From positions 2,869 through 66,868 of the forward strand of contig MHKF01000001.1 in assembly GCA_001818315.1 (NCBI GenBank): a DNA stretch of 64,000 nt. The letters are read 5' to 3'. Within the stretch, counting starts at the first letter, position 1. Every line of letters starts with the position of its first letter. This document shows, piece after piece, positions 9,025 through 19,117 of this stretch. The stretch comes from Candidatus Kerfeldbacteria bacterium RIFCSPLOWO2_02_FULL_42_19 (GTDB lineage: Bacteria; Patescibacteriota; Patescibacteriia; HO2-48-17). The notes under the pieces are model-generated. The model ran no database searches and had not been told where the DNA came from. It worked only from the letters and a program-made list of their open reading frames with translations. Position numbers and translations under genes: made by a program.

Positions 9025-9570
9025 ATGCGGAGAATTTTAGAAGCCGGTCATTATTATTGCGCAAAAGGTCCAACACAATGGGCGAAAGTTGGATGGGAAA
9101 TTGCCAAAGAACTTGCCCATAATGGGGACAAAACAATGTTATTCATCGACGATGTTCATGACATTAGCAATGTCTCAGTATATGAGGTTGACATGCCAGT
9201 CATTTCACTCGGTGATTGTAGGCCTCATTATACGATCAGAGAATCGGAGGTCGAGTCCCAGGGGTTGCAAATTCTTGAGCAACTCAAAAATATCCCGAGC
9301 AAGAAAAGACGAGCCGAACTCCAAGGAACTGTGTGGTACTGTTCCGGTGCTGCTCTGACGAACGGCAAGGGAAAACCAAGTTGTGTCTTGCTCGATGCCG
9401 GTCTGAGCTTAGTGAAGCAACAATTTGGTTTTCAATCCGGCATTAACATCCTGCCGGAATTTTATCAGGATCAGCAGGAGAAACTACTAAGGATTGTCAA
9501 AAAAGCTCTCCCGGATTTCCAACTCCAGGTCATACTCTATGATCTAGATGGAAAATGGCACTATCTGTAG
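9025..9570 (+). CDS. Hypothetical protein, possible HUP/class-I-aaRS-like Rossmann fold
   Basis: AGGAG SD before ATG 9025; motifs EAGHYY, LFIDDVH, RES, PSCVLLDA, INILPEFYQDQQ. Fold assignment is inference. Confidence 0.6.
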   Translation: MRRILEAGHYYCAKGPTQWAKVGWEIAKELAHNGDKTMLFIDDVHDISNVSVYEVDMPVISLGDCRPHYTIRESEVESQGLQILEQLKNIPSKKRRAELQGTVWYCSGAALTNGKGKPSCVLLDAGLSLVKQQFGFQSGINILPEFYQDQQEKLLRIVKKALPDFQLQVILYDLDGKWHYL

Positions 9571-9582
9571 TGTTGCTCTTAA

Positions 9583-9625
9583 ATGGGAGGTAAGTCACGC
9601 ATCTTGCCTCCCATCTGTCTTTTTT
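9583..9625 (+). terminator. Probable intrinsic terminator
   Basis: atgggaggtaag/cttgcctcccat stem plus T tract. Confidence 0.6.
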
Positions 9626-9666
9626 ACTTTTCTTTTCTCAACCTCAGCAAACTATTTGTATTCGAC

Positions 9667-10377
9667 ATGATCACACAATCCACAAAAAAAATGATCGGCA
9701 TTCTCGGTGGTATGGGCCCCTTAGCCAGCGCTAACCTTTACTATCGGCTGATTGAAATTGCTCAAAGAGATTACCATGCTGAACAGGATACTGATTTTCC
9801 ACCGATGTTTCTTTATAATATTACACTCTTTGGTTTTGATGAGACTGGGATTGTCGATCCAAAGCTTGTCAAAAAACAACTTATTGCCGGTGTCAAAAAA
9901 TTGGAACAATCCGGCAGCGATTTTATTATTATTGCGTGTAATACCGTACATTACTTTTATAACGACATGCAGCAAGCGGTGCGTATCCCCATTATCAGCA
10001 TCATTGATGAAACAACTCGGTTAGTACAAGAAACAAGATACACCATTGTTGGACTCTTAACCTCACACACAACGAAACATGTCGGTATTTATCAGAAGGC
10101 ACTGGAAAAGTTGGGTATACGAACTTTATTAGTTACCGAAGCACAACAGAAAATGCTCGATGAAGTGATTGTACATGTTATGTCAGGTGTGCAAGGCGAA
10201 GAGGATGAAAAAAATCTCAAAATTATTGTCGAGGATCTCCGTAAACAGGGTGCAGAAGCTATTATTCTTGGCTGTACCGAACTTCCATTGGCAATTCACC
10301 AAAGCGATATCCATGTACCACTTTTCGACAGCACTACTATTCTTGCCAAGGCAGCTTTGCGGCGAGCTCTCTTTTAG
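9667..10377 (+). CDS. Asp/Glu-racemase-family amino-acid racemase (RacX/YgeA-like)
   Basis: IGILGGMGP, IACNTVH and LGCTELP; both catalytic cysteines present. Confidence 0.92.
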   Translation: MITQSTKKMIGILGGMGPLASANLYYRLIEIAQRDYHAEQDTDFPPMFLYNITLFGFDETGIVDPKLVKKQLIAGVKKLEQSGSDFIIIACNTVHYFYNDMQQAVRIPIISIIDETTRLVQETRYTIVGLLTSHTTKHVGIYQKALEKLGIRTLLVTEAQQKMLDEVIVHVMSGVQGEEDEKNLKIIVEDLRKQGAEAIILGCTELPLAIHQSDIHVPLFDSTTILAKAALRRALF

Positions 10378-10527
10378 AAACTCTCTATGCAGCAGCTGGA
10401 TGAGTTGATACTTCATTCCAATTCAAAAAATAGATTTTCGATAGTCGGTCTATTCAAACGCAAGAATTTTTGATAAAGTAAGGTAAAAAGGTGGTATCAG
10501 TTCAAATTATTATTTCTGATGATTTTT

Positions 10528-10689
10528 ATGTCACAAGATAATCTTATTTATTTCGAATGTAGCGAGTGCAAAAGAAAAAATTATACGAGCATAAAAAATA
10601 AACGTAAACTCCAAGCCGCAGGAAGATTGCAATTCAAAAAACACTGCAAGCATTGTCAGGAGCACACGGTTCATAAGGAGACAAAGTAA
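10528..10689 (+). CDS. rpmG: 50S ribosomal protein L33 (Zn-ribbon type)
   Basis: Manual translation [27 protein letters not shown]...[17 protein letters not shown]; adjacent to tRNA-Trp. Confidence 0.95.
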   Translation: MSQDNLIYFECSECKRKNYTSIKNKRKLQAAGRLQFKKHCKHCQEHTVHKETK

Positions 10690-10762
10690 AATTTGAGTTT
10701 TCTCCGAGTTTTGGCGCAGGAATATTCATTTTTCAGCAATAGAGTCTATACATGACTGCGAT

Positions 10763-10836
10763 GGGGGAGTATTTCAGCGGTAGAATGCCGGTCTCCAAAA
10801 CCGGTGACGAAGGTTCAATTCCTTCCTCCCCTGCCA
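10763..10836 (+). tRNA. tRNA-Trp(CCA)
   Basis: CCGGT-CTCCAAA-ACCGG anticodon arm, GAAGG-TTCAATT-CCTTC T-arm, encoded CCA. Confidence 0.96.
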
Positions 10837-10887
10837 GATGAAACTTTGCCATACTGTTAGGAGATAAAAGAAATGGTATAATATTTT

Positions 10888-11166
10888 ATGAGCAAAAGAT
10901 ACAAAGGGCAGCTACCAAAAATGTTTAAGCCATTACTTTGGTCGTTCAGATGGAAGGACCTTGATGTGACAAGCGATAAAGATGATATTATCCTCAATAC
11001 CATAAATGAAGGGACACTCGCTCATTGGCGATGGATCATAGATACCTATGGAAAAAAAACGATTAGGAAGACACTCGAGAAACGTTTAGCTTCAGAATTA
11101 CACCCCGAATCCAAAAATTTGGCCCGAGTGGTTTTTGACATAAAAAAATTCCGTTATGTACGATAG
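10888..11166 (+). CDS. Putative antitoxin (DUF6922-like) of AbiE-type TA pair
   Basis: LLWS...D...II...INEGTLAHWRWIIDTYG pattern; overlaps the downstream nucleotidyltransferase. Confidence 0.7.
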   Translation: MSKRYKGQLPKMFKPLLWSFRWKDLDVTSDKDDIILNTINEGTLAHWRWIIDTYGKKTIRKTLEKRLASELHPESKNLARVVFDIKKFRYVR

Positions 11167-11773
11167 CGCACTCACTAAAAAAGCGTCAGATTTATTTCCG
11201 AAATTTCGTAGATTCAAAAATTTTTACTTGGTCGGCGGGACAGCTTTGGCTCTGCAGATTGGCCATCGCCTATCGGTCGACTTTGATTTTTTTACGAGAG
11301 AATCATTACCAAAGAATTTACTCTCAAGAGTGAAACAAATTTTTACAGACTCATCTTTTCATGTTACCTACCGATCTCCAGAACAGTTAAACGTTTTCAT
11401 TAATGAAGTAAAAATAACCTTTTTTCAATATGAGTACCCGATAGTGCAGCAATTAGTAAAATACAAAAATATACCAATGGCGAGCACATTAGAAATTGCG
11501 GCGATGAAAGCGTTTGCTATTGGAAAACGTTTATCATACAAAGATTACATCGATTGGTATTTCTTATTGAAAGAAAAACATGTAAATCTGAAACAAGTGA
11601 TTCAGTTGGCAAACAAGAAATTTGGAGGAGATTTTAATGATCGCTTATTTTTAGGTCAATTGGTTTCCATGACTGAAATTCCTGTTCAGAAGATCATTTT
11701 TCTGAAAGATAAACCTAGCCAAAAGAGGGTTCATAATTATCTAAAAAAAATAGTAAAGGATTATCAGTTTTAA
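11156..11773 (+). CDS. AbiEii-family nucleotidyltransferase toxin
   Basis: FYLVGGTALALQIGHRLSVDFDFF, IAAMKAFAI, KDYID. Confidence 0.9.
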   Translation: MYDSALTKKASDLFPKFRRFKNFYLVGGTALALQIGHRLSVDFDFFTRESLPKNLLSRVKQIFTDSSFHVTYRSPEQLNVFINEVKITFFQYEYPIVQQLVKYKNIPMASTLEIAAMKAFAIGKRLSYKDYIDWYFLLKEKHVNLKQVIQLANKKFGGDFNDRLFLGQLVSMTEIPVQKIIFLKDKPSQKRVHNYLKKIVKDYQF

Positions 11774-11823
11774 ATTGAAAATTTCCTGCGTTCGCAGGCA
11801 GGATCATTTATTAAAATTTGTGT

Positions 11824-12153
11824 ATGAAAAAAAATAAAACAAAGAGTAGAAATGATAAAATTCTTTCACGCGTCTTATACTTCAGTGCGCCAATTATTAT
11901 ATTCATTCTGCTACTACTGGGAATTTTTATTTTTCTTGAATATCAAACAAAAAAAACAACGTCTAGTGAATATGATCCAATGTATTATTGCAAACAAGAT
12001 TCTGATTGTGTGTTAATGCCCGGAGGGTGCAGTGTAATAAATAAAAAATATTACAAAGAACCCGAGGGAATAGTGATAGATTGTCTCTGGGGCGCGGTTC
12101 CAAAATGTAAAGATAATTTATGTGTCGCAGATCCAAGTGTAGAACTTGAATAA
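11824..12153 (+). CDS. Membrane-anchored small Cys-rich protein
   Basis: One TM then YCKQDSDC...C...C...C...C extracellular domain. Confidence 0.7.
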   Translation: MKKNKTKSRNDKILSRVLYFSAPIIIFILLLLGIFIFLEYQTKKTTSSEYDPMYYCKQDSDCVLMPGGCSVINKKYYKEPEGIVIDCLWGAVPKCKDNLCVADPSVELE

Positions 12154-12252
12154 AGATATTTAGGTTGCTCAGAAAGTTTACGAGGCAAAAAAGATGCGAT
12201 ACGGAAAGAGAATAATTGCAAGAAGTATTTCTCTTTGGTATAGTAGAAAAAG

Positions 12253-12708
12253 ATGAAAGCAAATATAATGATGCCACATCATACTTTTGGCAAATATTTC
12301 AGCGAAATATTACTCACGATAGTTGTGTTAGTGAGTTTTTTAGGAATGTTCGTATGTCGAACAGCGCTAGCCAACGCAATGTCAGAAGATATGACAACGA
12401 CTCATCATACGACTATGTCAAGCTGCGATATATTCGTATCCAAAACGTGCATCATGTCTATTTTTGAGCACCTGAATAATTGGACCAATACGTTTGTTGG
12501 CATCATGAACACATCTTCGATGTTACTCATGTTTGTCTTGATTGGTTTCTACCTTGGACAGAAACTTACAATCTTCGCATCAAGAAGTATACAACGGTTT
12601 CTCTATTATTTTCGCCAATACGATCGTTTTCATCCAGACGTTGGACTTTACAATTTTTTCACATTCTTTTTTGCGCAGGGTATCATTCAGCCAAAAATCG
12701 ACGCCTAA
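12253..12708 (+). CDS. Hypothetical membrane protein with Met/His/Cys-rich loop
   Basis: 2 TM flanking MSEDMTTTHHTTMSSC...C...H; first gene of the copper operon. Confidence 0.65.
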   Translation: MKANIMMPHHTFGKYFSEILLTIVVLVSFLGMFVCRTALANAMSEDMTTTHHTTMSSCDIFVSKTCIMSIFEHLNNWTNTFVGIMNTSSMLLMFVLIGFYLGQKLTIFASRSIQRFLYYFRQYDRFHPDVGLYNFFTFFFAQGIIQPKIDA

Positions 12709-12779
12709 TACGTTTATAATTGTCCAAAAGATTTTTTGGGCATATGCTTGCGTTGTTAGGTTTTTTAATTGGCAAAAAT

Positions 12780-14519
12780 ATGAATGAAAATCCTGAATGG
12801 TACATATCAAAATTTTTTGTGAGCGCTCTGACGAACGAAAAACGCGCAGAAGAAATCAAAAAAATTATTCAATCATCAATAGCAGTCGAGAAACTCGATG
12901 TGAACTTGCACAAACGACTCGTGCGGATCATTACAAGCGAATCTGTAGACGTAAAGAAGTTGCGCATCAAGCTGGTGCCACACGGTTTCCATCTGGAAGA
13001 ACGACCGATGTCAGCAGAAACCTATGGAAATCAAGTGCACGTTGCGAGTGAAAAACGTTCCGAACATATATCACACAACGATCCGCTCCAATACATTCCT
13101 GCAAATCAAGGTTATGTTCGAATCGAAGGCATGACGTGTCATAGCTGTGAAGTGCTCATCGAACGACAGTGGAAAAAATTACCGGGGGTACAAAAAGTAA
13201 CAGTAAATGCTGCAACTGGCCGAGCGCGCCTTGTATCTGACGGCGGTCCTCTGCCATCCATAGATCAACTCCAAACATTACTGGGAAACGAGAAATACCG
13301 AGTGCATGCCTATGAACGAGGCAAAGGAAAAATAGATCGAACACAAAGTGTACCGCAAGGTATTCTAGAAGGTCGTCCATCACTCGGACGACTCGTAGGT
13401 TTGTTTGCTGCGGTGTTTTTTATAGGCTACCTCTTATCTCGATTAGGTTTGTTTCAAACAAATATATCATTTACTGACAAACTGAATTTCGGAACCGTGT
13501 TTGTGATTGGTCTCGTCGCTGCGGCTTCTTCATGCATTGCCGTTGCTGGAGGCCTGATGTTATCGGCTGTGTCACGGTTTAACCAACGTTATCAAGGAGC
13601 AACACGTCTTGCTCGTATGCGACCAGTTATCATGTTTGTTACTGGCCGAGTATTAGGTTATGGATTTTTTGGTGGACTTTTAGGCGTAGTAGGTCAAGCA
13701 ATCACTCCTTCGCCAGTTGTCACTGGTTTCCTGATTCTCCTTGCTGCTCTTTACATGCTTGTGATGGGAATGGAAATGTTGCATATCGCACCCGCGTGGC
13801 TCAAGCGCTTCTTACCTCGGATGCCTAAAGGACTGTCACATCGCATTATGGATGCAGAATCAAAGAATCACCCCTTCATGCCCTTTCTCTTGGGTGCTGG
13901 AACTTTCTTTCTGCCGTGTGGATTTACGCAGGCATTACAATTGTATGCTTTGACAACAGGCAGTTTCAGTAGCAGCGCCCTGACGCTTTTCGCATTTGCT
14001 CTTGGTACCGCCCCTTCATTATTAGCATTGGGTTGGGCTTCAGGCTCACTGAAAGGAAAAGCCGGAAAACTCTTCTTTCAATTTTCTGGCGCTCTTGTGA
14101 TTGTATTAGGTGTGTGGAATATACAAAATAGCCTCAATCTCATGGGATACCCACTGTCTTTTGGAAATGTGCCATCTTCTGCATCAGCCGAAACTCCAGC
14201 GCCAGCAGCCGCGTTAGCGGAAGGAACTACACAAGGAGGATCACAAGACGTGCAAGTAGTGAAGATGAATGTGGCTGCATCAGGGTATTCGCCAAGTCGC
14301 TTAACGGTACGCGCTGGAACAAAAGTTCGATGGGAAGTTGACGGTACGAATGCCTATGGATGCGCGTCAGTCTTAGTCTCACGCAAGCTCGGTATTCAAA
14401 AATTACTTCAACCAGGAATCAACCTATTTGAATTCACCCCTACTGAACCGGGAGAAATAGCGTTCAGTTGTTCCATGGGTATGTATCGTGGCAGTTTCAC
14501 TGTGCTTCCAGCTGCTTAA
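12780..14519 (+). CDS. HMA + DsbD_2/TauE-like membrane domain + cupredoxin fusion
   Basis: GMTCHSC, SSCIAVAGG, FFLPCGFTQ, C-terminal FSCSMGMYRG. Confidence 0.88.
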   Translation: MNENPEWYISKFFVSALTNEKRAEEIKKIIQSSIAVEKLDVNLHKRLVRIITSESVDVKKLRIKLVPHGFHLEERPMSAETYGNQVHVASEKRSEHISHNDPLQYIPANQGYVRIEGMTCHSCEVLIERQWKKLPGVQKVTVNAATGRARLVSDGGPLPSIDQLQTLLGNEKYRVHAYERGKGKIDRTQSVPQGILEGRPSLGRLVGLFAAVFFIGYLLSRLGLFQTNISFTDKLNFGTVFVIGLVAAASSCIAVAGGLMLSAVSRFNQRYQGATRLARMRPVIMFVTGRVLGYGFFGGLLGVVGQAITPSPVVTGFLILLAALYMLVMGMEMLHIAPAWLKRFLPRMPKGLSHRIMDAESKNHPFMPFLLGAGTFFLPCGFTQALQLYALTTGSFSSSALTLFAFALGTAPSLLALGWASGSLKGKAGKLFFQFSGALVIVLGVWNIQNSLNLMGYPLSFGNVPSSASAETPAPAAALAEGTTQGGSQDVQVVKMNVAASGYSPSRLTVRAGTKVRWEVDGTNAYGCASVLVSRKLGIQKLLQPGINLFEFTPTEPGEIAFSCSMGMYRGSFTVLPAA

Positions 14520-14538
14520 TTTTCTTACAAACAATTTT

Positions 14539-14766
14539 ATGGAAACTACATTTATGATTACCGGTATGCATTGCAACTCGTGCGAAAAAATAATCAACCT
14601 CACTTTAGAAGAATTACCCGGAATAAAAAATGTCAAAACATCGTATCAGGAAGGCGAATGTCGTGTAGACAGCGATCAATCATTAAACGCACAAGCTGTT
14701 ATACAAGCCATTGCTGATTTAGGTTATCAGGCAAAAGTGAAAGACACACAACCCCTTTCTTCTTAA
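14539..14766 (+). CDS. copZ: Copper chaperone (CopZ-like HMA protein)
   Basis: GMHCNSC HMA motif, 75 aa, directly upstream of copA. Confidence 0.85.
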   Translation: METTFMITGMHCNSCEKIINLTLEELPGIKNVKTSYQEGECRVDSDQSLNAQAVIQAIADLGYQAKVKDTQPLSS

Positions 14767-14776
14767 TCACCATTCT

Positions 14777-17176
14777 ATGATTATGGTATCAGATGAAAAA
14801 ACACACACAGCGAGTCATCAAGCAAACACGCCAGGAGTACAACGTGTCAATTTGAATATTTTTGGCATGCATTGCGCAAGCTGTGCAGCGTTGATTGAGC
14901 GTTCCTTGTACAAGGTGTCGGGTGTCAAAGAAGCGAATGTCAATTACGGCGCAGAAAAAGCGCGAGTCGTATTTGATCCGAATCAAACAAATGTAGAACG
15001 ATTGAAAGCTTCTGTAACAAAAGCAGGGTATCGCGCAGAAATTGTAGATGCAAAAGATCATGAATTCGCACAAAGAAAACGTCTTGCTGAAATTCAAGTA
15101 TACAAAAAGAAATTTGTGATCGGTCTCATCTTGAGTATCCCACTCTTGTATTTCATGCTCTCAGATTTCATATTCCGTCTGCCGCTGCGCGAAGTATTTC
15201 TGCCGCGCATGGGATTTATTTCATTGCTGTTATCCACTCCAGTGCAATTCATTTTAGGCGCTGGATTCTATAGAGGCATGTGGTCGAGTCTGCGGATGAA
15301 AACCTTTAACATGGATAGTCTCATCGCGATTGGCACAACAACCGCTTACGTTTACAGTTTCTATGAGTTGGTACGCTACGTCGTGACGACGGGTTCTATC
15401 TTCGCGCCCATGGGGAGTAAGATACCGGATTTGTATTTTGAAATCAGTGCCTTCTTGATCACCTTTGTGTTGATGGGTAAATGGCTCGAAGCGCGCGCGA
15501 AAGGAAAAACAAGTGACGCTATCAGGAAGCTTATGGGCTTGAAAGCCAAAACCGCACGAGTGAAACGCGGTACTGAAATTGTAGAAATCAACGTAGATGA
15601 AGTAGTAGCAGGCGATATTGTTTTAGTGCGTCCGGGAGAAAAAATTCCTGTGGATGGGATTGTGATCAGTGGAGCATCCGCTGTGGATGAATCCATGCTC
15701 ACCGGCGAAAGTATGCCTGTCGAAAAAGTTGCAGGAGATACGGTCTTCGGCGCAACTATGAATAAAAACGGCAGTTTTGAATTTCGCGCAACCAAGGTCG
15801 GTGCAGAGACCGCTCTCGCTCAGATTATTCGGCTCATTGAAGATGCGCAAGGATCAAAAGCACCGATTCAAGCCTATGCTGATCGCATTTCAGCGTGGTT
15901 TGTACCCGCGGTCATCGTTATTGCGGTGCTGACATTTGTTGTGTGGTACGTCTTCGTAGGAGCGAGTTTCCTTGCTTCTTTGTTAGCTTTTGTATCCGTC
16001 ATTGTGATTGCATGTCCTTGTGCTCTTGGACTCGGGACACCGACAGCAGTCATGGTAGGTACAGGAAAAGGAGCAGAAAATGGCATTCTCATTAAAGGAG
16101 GTGAGCCGCTCGAAGCGCTGTCAAAACTTCAAGCCGTAATATTTGATAAAACCGGGACACTCACAAAAGGCAAACCCGAAGTCACTGACATTCTCCCGTA
16201 CGGCAAGTATACCGAAAATGAAGTATTGAAAATAGCAGGCAGTCTTGAGCAATCGTCTGAACATTCTTTAGCCGAAAGTATTTACGGTTATGCAAAAGAA
16301 AAAGGCATGGATATTATGGAAGTAAAGAAATTCCAAGCGATTCCCGGGCACGGGGTGATAGGTCACATCAATGAAAAAGAATATCACCTCGGAAATCGAA
16401 AACTTATACAACGAGAAGGGCATGACCTCACGCCTTTCGAAGAGCAACTGCAACGCCTCGAAGCAGCGGGTAAAACAGCAATGATATTAGCAACTCAAGA
16501 ACATATCGTGGGAATGATCGCCGTAGCAGATACCCTCAAGGAAACAACACCAGAAGCAGTACGCAAATTACAAGATATGAAACTGGAAGTGTATATGATT
16601 ACCGGTGATAATCAGCGCACAGCGAACGCTATCGGGAAGCAAGCGGGGATTCAGAATGTTTTAGCAGAAGTGCTGCCGCAGGATAAAGCAGCAGAAGTAC
16701 AAAAATTTCAGAAGCAAGGGAAACGTGTTGCGATGGTCGGTGACGGTATTAATGATAGCCCAGCGCTTGCACAAGCTGATGTCGGAATCGCGATGGGCAG
16801 CGGAACGGATATTGCTATGGAAACTGGCGGTGTTGTGATTATTAAAAATGATCTGAATGATGTAGTGAACGCGCTGCGCTTGAGCCGCACAACCATAGCA
16901 AAAATCAAAGAAAATCTTTTCTTCGCGCTCTTCTATAATGTTGTTGGGATTCCGATCGCAGCCGGAGTTTTTGTAAGTCTTGGAGTAATGCTACGCCCAG
17001 AACTTGCGGGACTTGCGATGGCTTTAAGTTCAGTTTCAGTAGTGACCAATTCACTTACGCTCAAAACATTTACGATGAAGGGAAAGAACATTTTCTTGCG
17101 TCTGACCCCTGTAATACTGACGCTCGTGTTCACCCTCATCTTTTTGGGATTCGCACAAATCAGCGCGCAACTTTAA
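14777..17176 (+). CDS. copA: Cu(I)-translocating P1B-type ATPase
   Basis: GMHCASC, TGES, CPCALG, DKTGT, GDGIND, YN and MALSS motifs. Confidence 0.96.
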   Translation: MIMVSDEKTHTASHQANTPGVQRVNLNIFGMHCASCAALIERSLYKVSGVKEANVNYGAEKARVVFDPNQTNVERLKASVTKAGYRAEIVDAKDHEFAQRKRLAEIQVYKKKFVIGLILSIPLLYFMLSDFIFRLPLREVFLPRMGFISLLLSTPVQFILGAGFYRGMWSSLRMKTFNMDSLIAIGTTTAYVYSFYELVRYVVTTGSIFAPMGSKIPDLYFEISAFLITFVLMGKWLEARAKGKTSDAIRKLMGLKAKTARVKRGTEIVEINVDEVVAGDIVLVRPGEKIPVDGIVISGASAVDESMLTGESMPVEKVAGDTVFGATMNKNGSFEFRATKVGAETALAQIIRLIEDAQGSKAPIQAYADRISAWFVPAVIVIAVLTFVVWYVFVGASFLASLLAFVSVIVIACPCALGLGTPTAVMVGTGKGAENGILIKGGEPLEALSKLQAVIFDKTGTLTKGKPEVTDILPYGKYTENEVLKIAGSLEQSSEHSLAESIYGYAKEKGMDIMEVKKFQAIPGHGVIGHINEKEYHLGNRKLIQREGHDLTPFEEQLQRLEAAGKTAMILATQEHIVGMIAVADTLKETTPEAVRKLQDMKLEVYMITGDNQRTANAIGKQAGIQNVLAEVLPQDKAAEVQKFQKQGKRVAMVGDGINDSPALAQADVGIAMGSGTDIAMETGGVVIIKNDLNDVVNALRLSRTTIAKIKENLFFALFYNVVGIPIAAGVFVSLGVMLRPELAGLAMALSSVSVVTNSLTLKTFTMKGKNIFLRLTPVILTLVFTLIFLGFAQISAQL

Positions 17177-17191
17177 TCATTTTAATTGTAG

Positions 17192-17479
17192 ATGCATATG
17201 AATCAACACAATCTCAAAGAAAATTTGCAGAACCTCCATGACCCTGATTTCGATGAATCCGAACAGGAAGACGCATCGCCTCCAGCATCTCATACGCAAG
17301 TTGGAAGTCGTGTGGAAAGAAGCACAAGTACAGCCACAATATTTTCCTTGGACGAAATACTCAATCACATACCACCACGAATCGCCTTCGTGTTTGGTTT
17401 GATGCTCTCATTTATGATCATCGCGACAGTCGGCTTTCTATGGGCTTTGCCGTTGATTTGGAAACAAATCATCTCATAA
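17192..17479 (+). CDS. Hypothetical single-TM protein
   Basis: Co-oriented ORF in operon with a C-terminal hydrophobic helix. Confidence 0.55.
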   Translation: MHMNQHNLKENLQNLHDPDFDESEQEDASPPASHTQVGSRVERSTSTATIFSLDEILNHIPPRIAFVFGLMLSFMIIATVGFLWALPLIWKQIIS

Positions 17480-17493
17480 TTATAAAATTCATT

Positions 17494-17994
17494 ATGAATA
17501 CAAAACAACGATACGGATTGTCAGCTGTTGTCTTGATAGGATTGCTCGTGGCAGCAGGATTTTTTCTCAGCGATCGCTCTGGTGCTGACAATCCACAAAC
17601 GCCCAGTAAACTCGCGGGCGTAAAAGGGGTATTGTATAAATCTCTCACGTGCGGCTGCTGTGAAAACTACGTCAAATACTTGCAAAAAAAGGGTATGCAG
17701 ATCGAAGTAAAAAATCAGACGAAAGATTCAGATCTCGCAGCAATCAAAAATCAATATAATATTCCTCCTGAAGAACAAAGTTGCCACACTTTGAAAGTCG
17801 GTGACTATTTTGTTGAAGGTCATGTGCCTGCAGAAGTTATCGAAAAACTTGTGACAGAAAAATCAGCTATCGCAGGTATTGCATTGCCAGATATGCCTGC
17901 GGGTTCTCCAGGAATGCCAGGAAAGAAACAAGGCGCTTTCAAGATTGATCAACTTTCCAAAGATAATCAATGGTCAACCTATACAGAATGGTAA
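17494..17994 (+). CDS. DUF411 (CopG-like) metal-binding protein
   Basis: YKSLTCGCC, SCHT, EGHVP, GIALPDMPAGSPGM. Confidence 0.9.
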   Translation: MNTKQRYGLSAVVLIGLLVAAGFFLSDRSGADNPQTPSKLAGVKGVLYKSLTCGCCENYVKYLQKKGMQIEVKNQTKDSDLAAIKNQYNIPPEEQSCHTLKVGDYFVEGHVPAEVIEKLVTEKSAIAGIALPDMPAGSPGMPGKKQGAFKIDQLSKDNQWSTYTEW

Positions 17995-18038
17995 AGGAAT
18001 GGACGCGTGTATTTCGAACCGCATCACATTGAAACTAA

Positions 18039-18593
18039 ATGACAACGAATAAAAAGAAATCGTATAGAACGTATGTATGGTGTATATCGTTAATTCTGAC
18101 GATCATCTTCATCTTTCCAATTGTTGTGTTAGCACATTGTCCACTCTGCACGCTCGCTGCCGGTGCGACCGCGGTGGGGGCCATGTGGCTCGGTATCAAC
18201 ACATTCAGTATCGGGATATTCATTGGCGCCTTCGCAACAGCGCTAGGATTATGGGTCGCAAGGATCGTAAAATGGAAGCTTCCATATAAAAGTGCACTCT
18301 TTCTCGTCATATCTTTCTTGACGACCGTATTACCCATCAAGAGTTTGATGCCAGGATATTTTTCCTATTATCTTCACTGGGGTGGGGAATATGGATCGAT
18401 CTTGAATCGAACGTATATTCTGAGTCATTTTCTCGTTGGGGGTATTCTCGGAGTTGTATTATTACTCGTGGCTCCAAAATTCAGTCTGAGCGTAAGTCAA
18501 AGGCGTAAGAATAAAACCCTGCCGTATCAAGGGGTCACCATCACACTGCTTCTTTTACTGAGTGCTGCTTTGATTACCGAACTTATTCTATGA
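18039..18593 (+). CDS. Membrane protein with HCPLC motif
   Basis: Signal-like segment ending VLA-HCPLC, then several TM helices. Confidence 0.75.
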   Translation: MTTNKKKSYRTYVWCISLILTIIFIFPIVVLAHCPLCTLAAGATAVGAMWLGINTFSIGIFIGAFATALGLWVARIVKWKLPYKSALFLVISFLTTVLPIKSLMPGYFSYYLHWGGEYGSILNRTYILSHFLVGGILGVVLLLVAPKFSLSVSQRRKNKTLPYQGVTITLLLLLSAALITELIL

Positions 18594-19045
18594 AGAGCGA
18601 TCCTTTTTTTTGGCTCATTGTTATCCCATCTGTATTATTCGTTTTTCTCTCACTCATAAAAAGATTTATTCCATGGAAATTTTGTACGGTCTGCGGCAGT
18701 ATTTTTTTGACGTGGCTTATTCTGCTCGTCAGTGATAAAATTTTGAGCAGCGCTTTCCTACAGGATCAAATATTGATGACGATACTGATCGGTGAAAGTG
18801 TGGCCGGATTCTATTACTTGCTTCTGCGAACTATACCAGCACAATATCATGTGTTTCGTTTTCCTATTCTTATCACGTTGAGTATTGGCGGTTATAGCTT
18901 AGCTCGTTGGTCGATCATGGGCTTACGCGATTTCATCATACTTGTAGTTTTGTGGCTTGTGTTCATTCTTCTTGCATTGTTCTCTTTACATCCTGTTGTA
19001 CGAAAGCGAGTCTCGCAATTACTCGCTTGCTGTCGCGATTGGTGA
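18590..19045 (+). CDS. Membrane protein with CxxC and C-terminal CC
   Basis: FCTVC, ACCRDW; ATGA overlap with upstream gene. Confidence 0.75.
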   Translation: MKSDPFFWLIVIPSVLFVFLSLIKRFIPWKFCTVCGSIFLTWLILLVSDKILSSAFLQDQILMTILIGESVAGFYYLLLRTIPAQYHVFRFPILITLSIGGYSLARWSIMGLRDFIILVVLWLVFILLALFSLHPVVRKRVSQLLACCRDW

Positions 19046-19117
19046 GTTTGATGCACTTCGAATGACGCAACATGCTTCGGTCAATGCGTGTGTAAGAGAT
19101 TGTGATATACTATTGAT

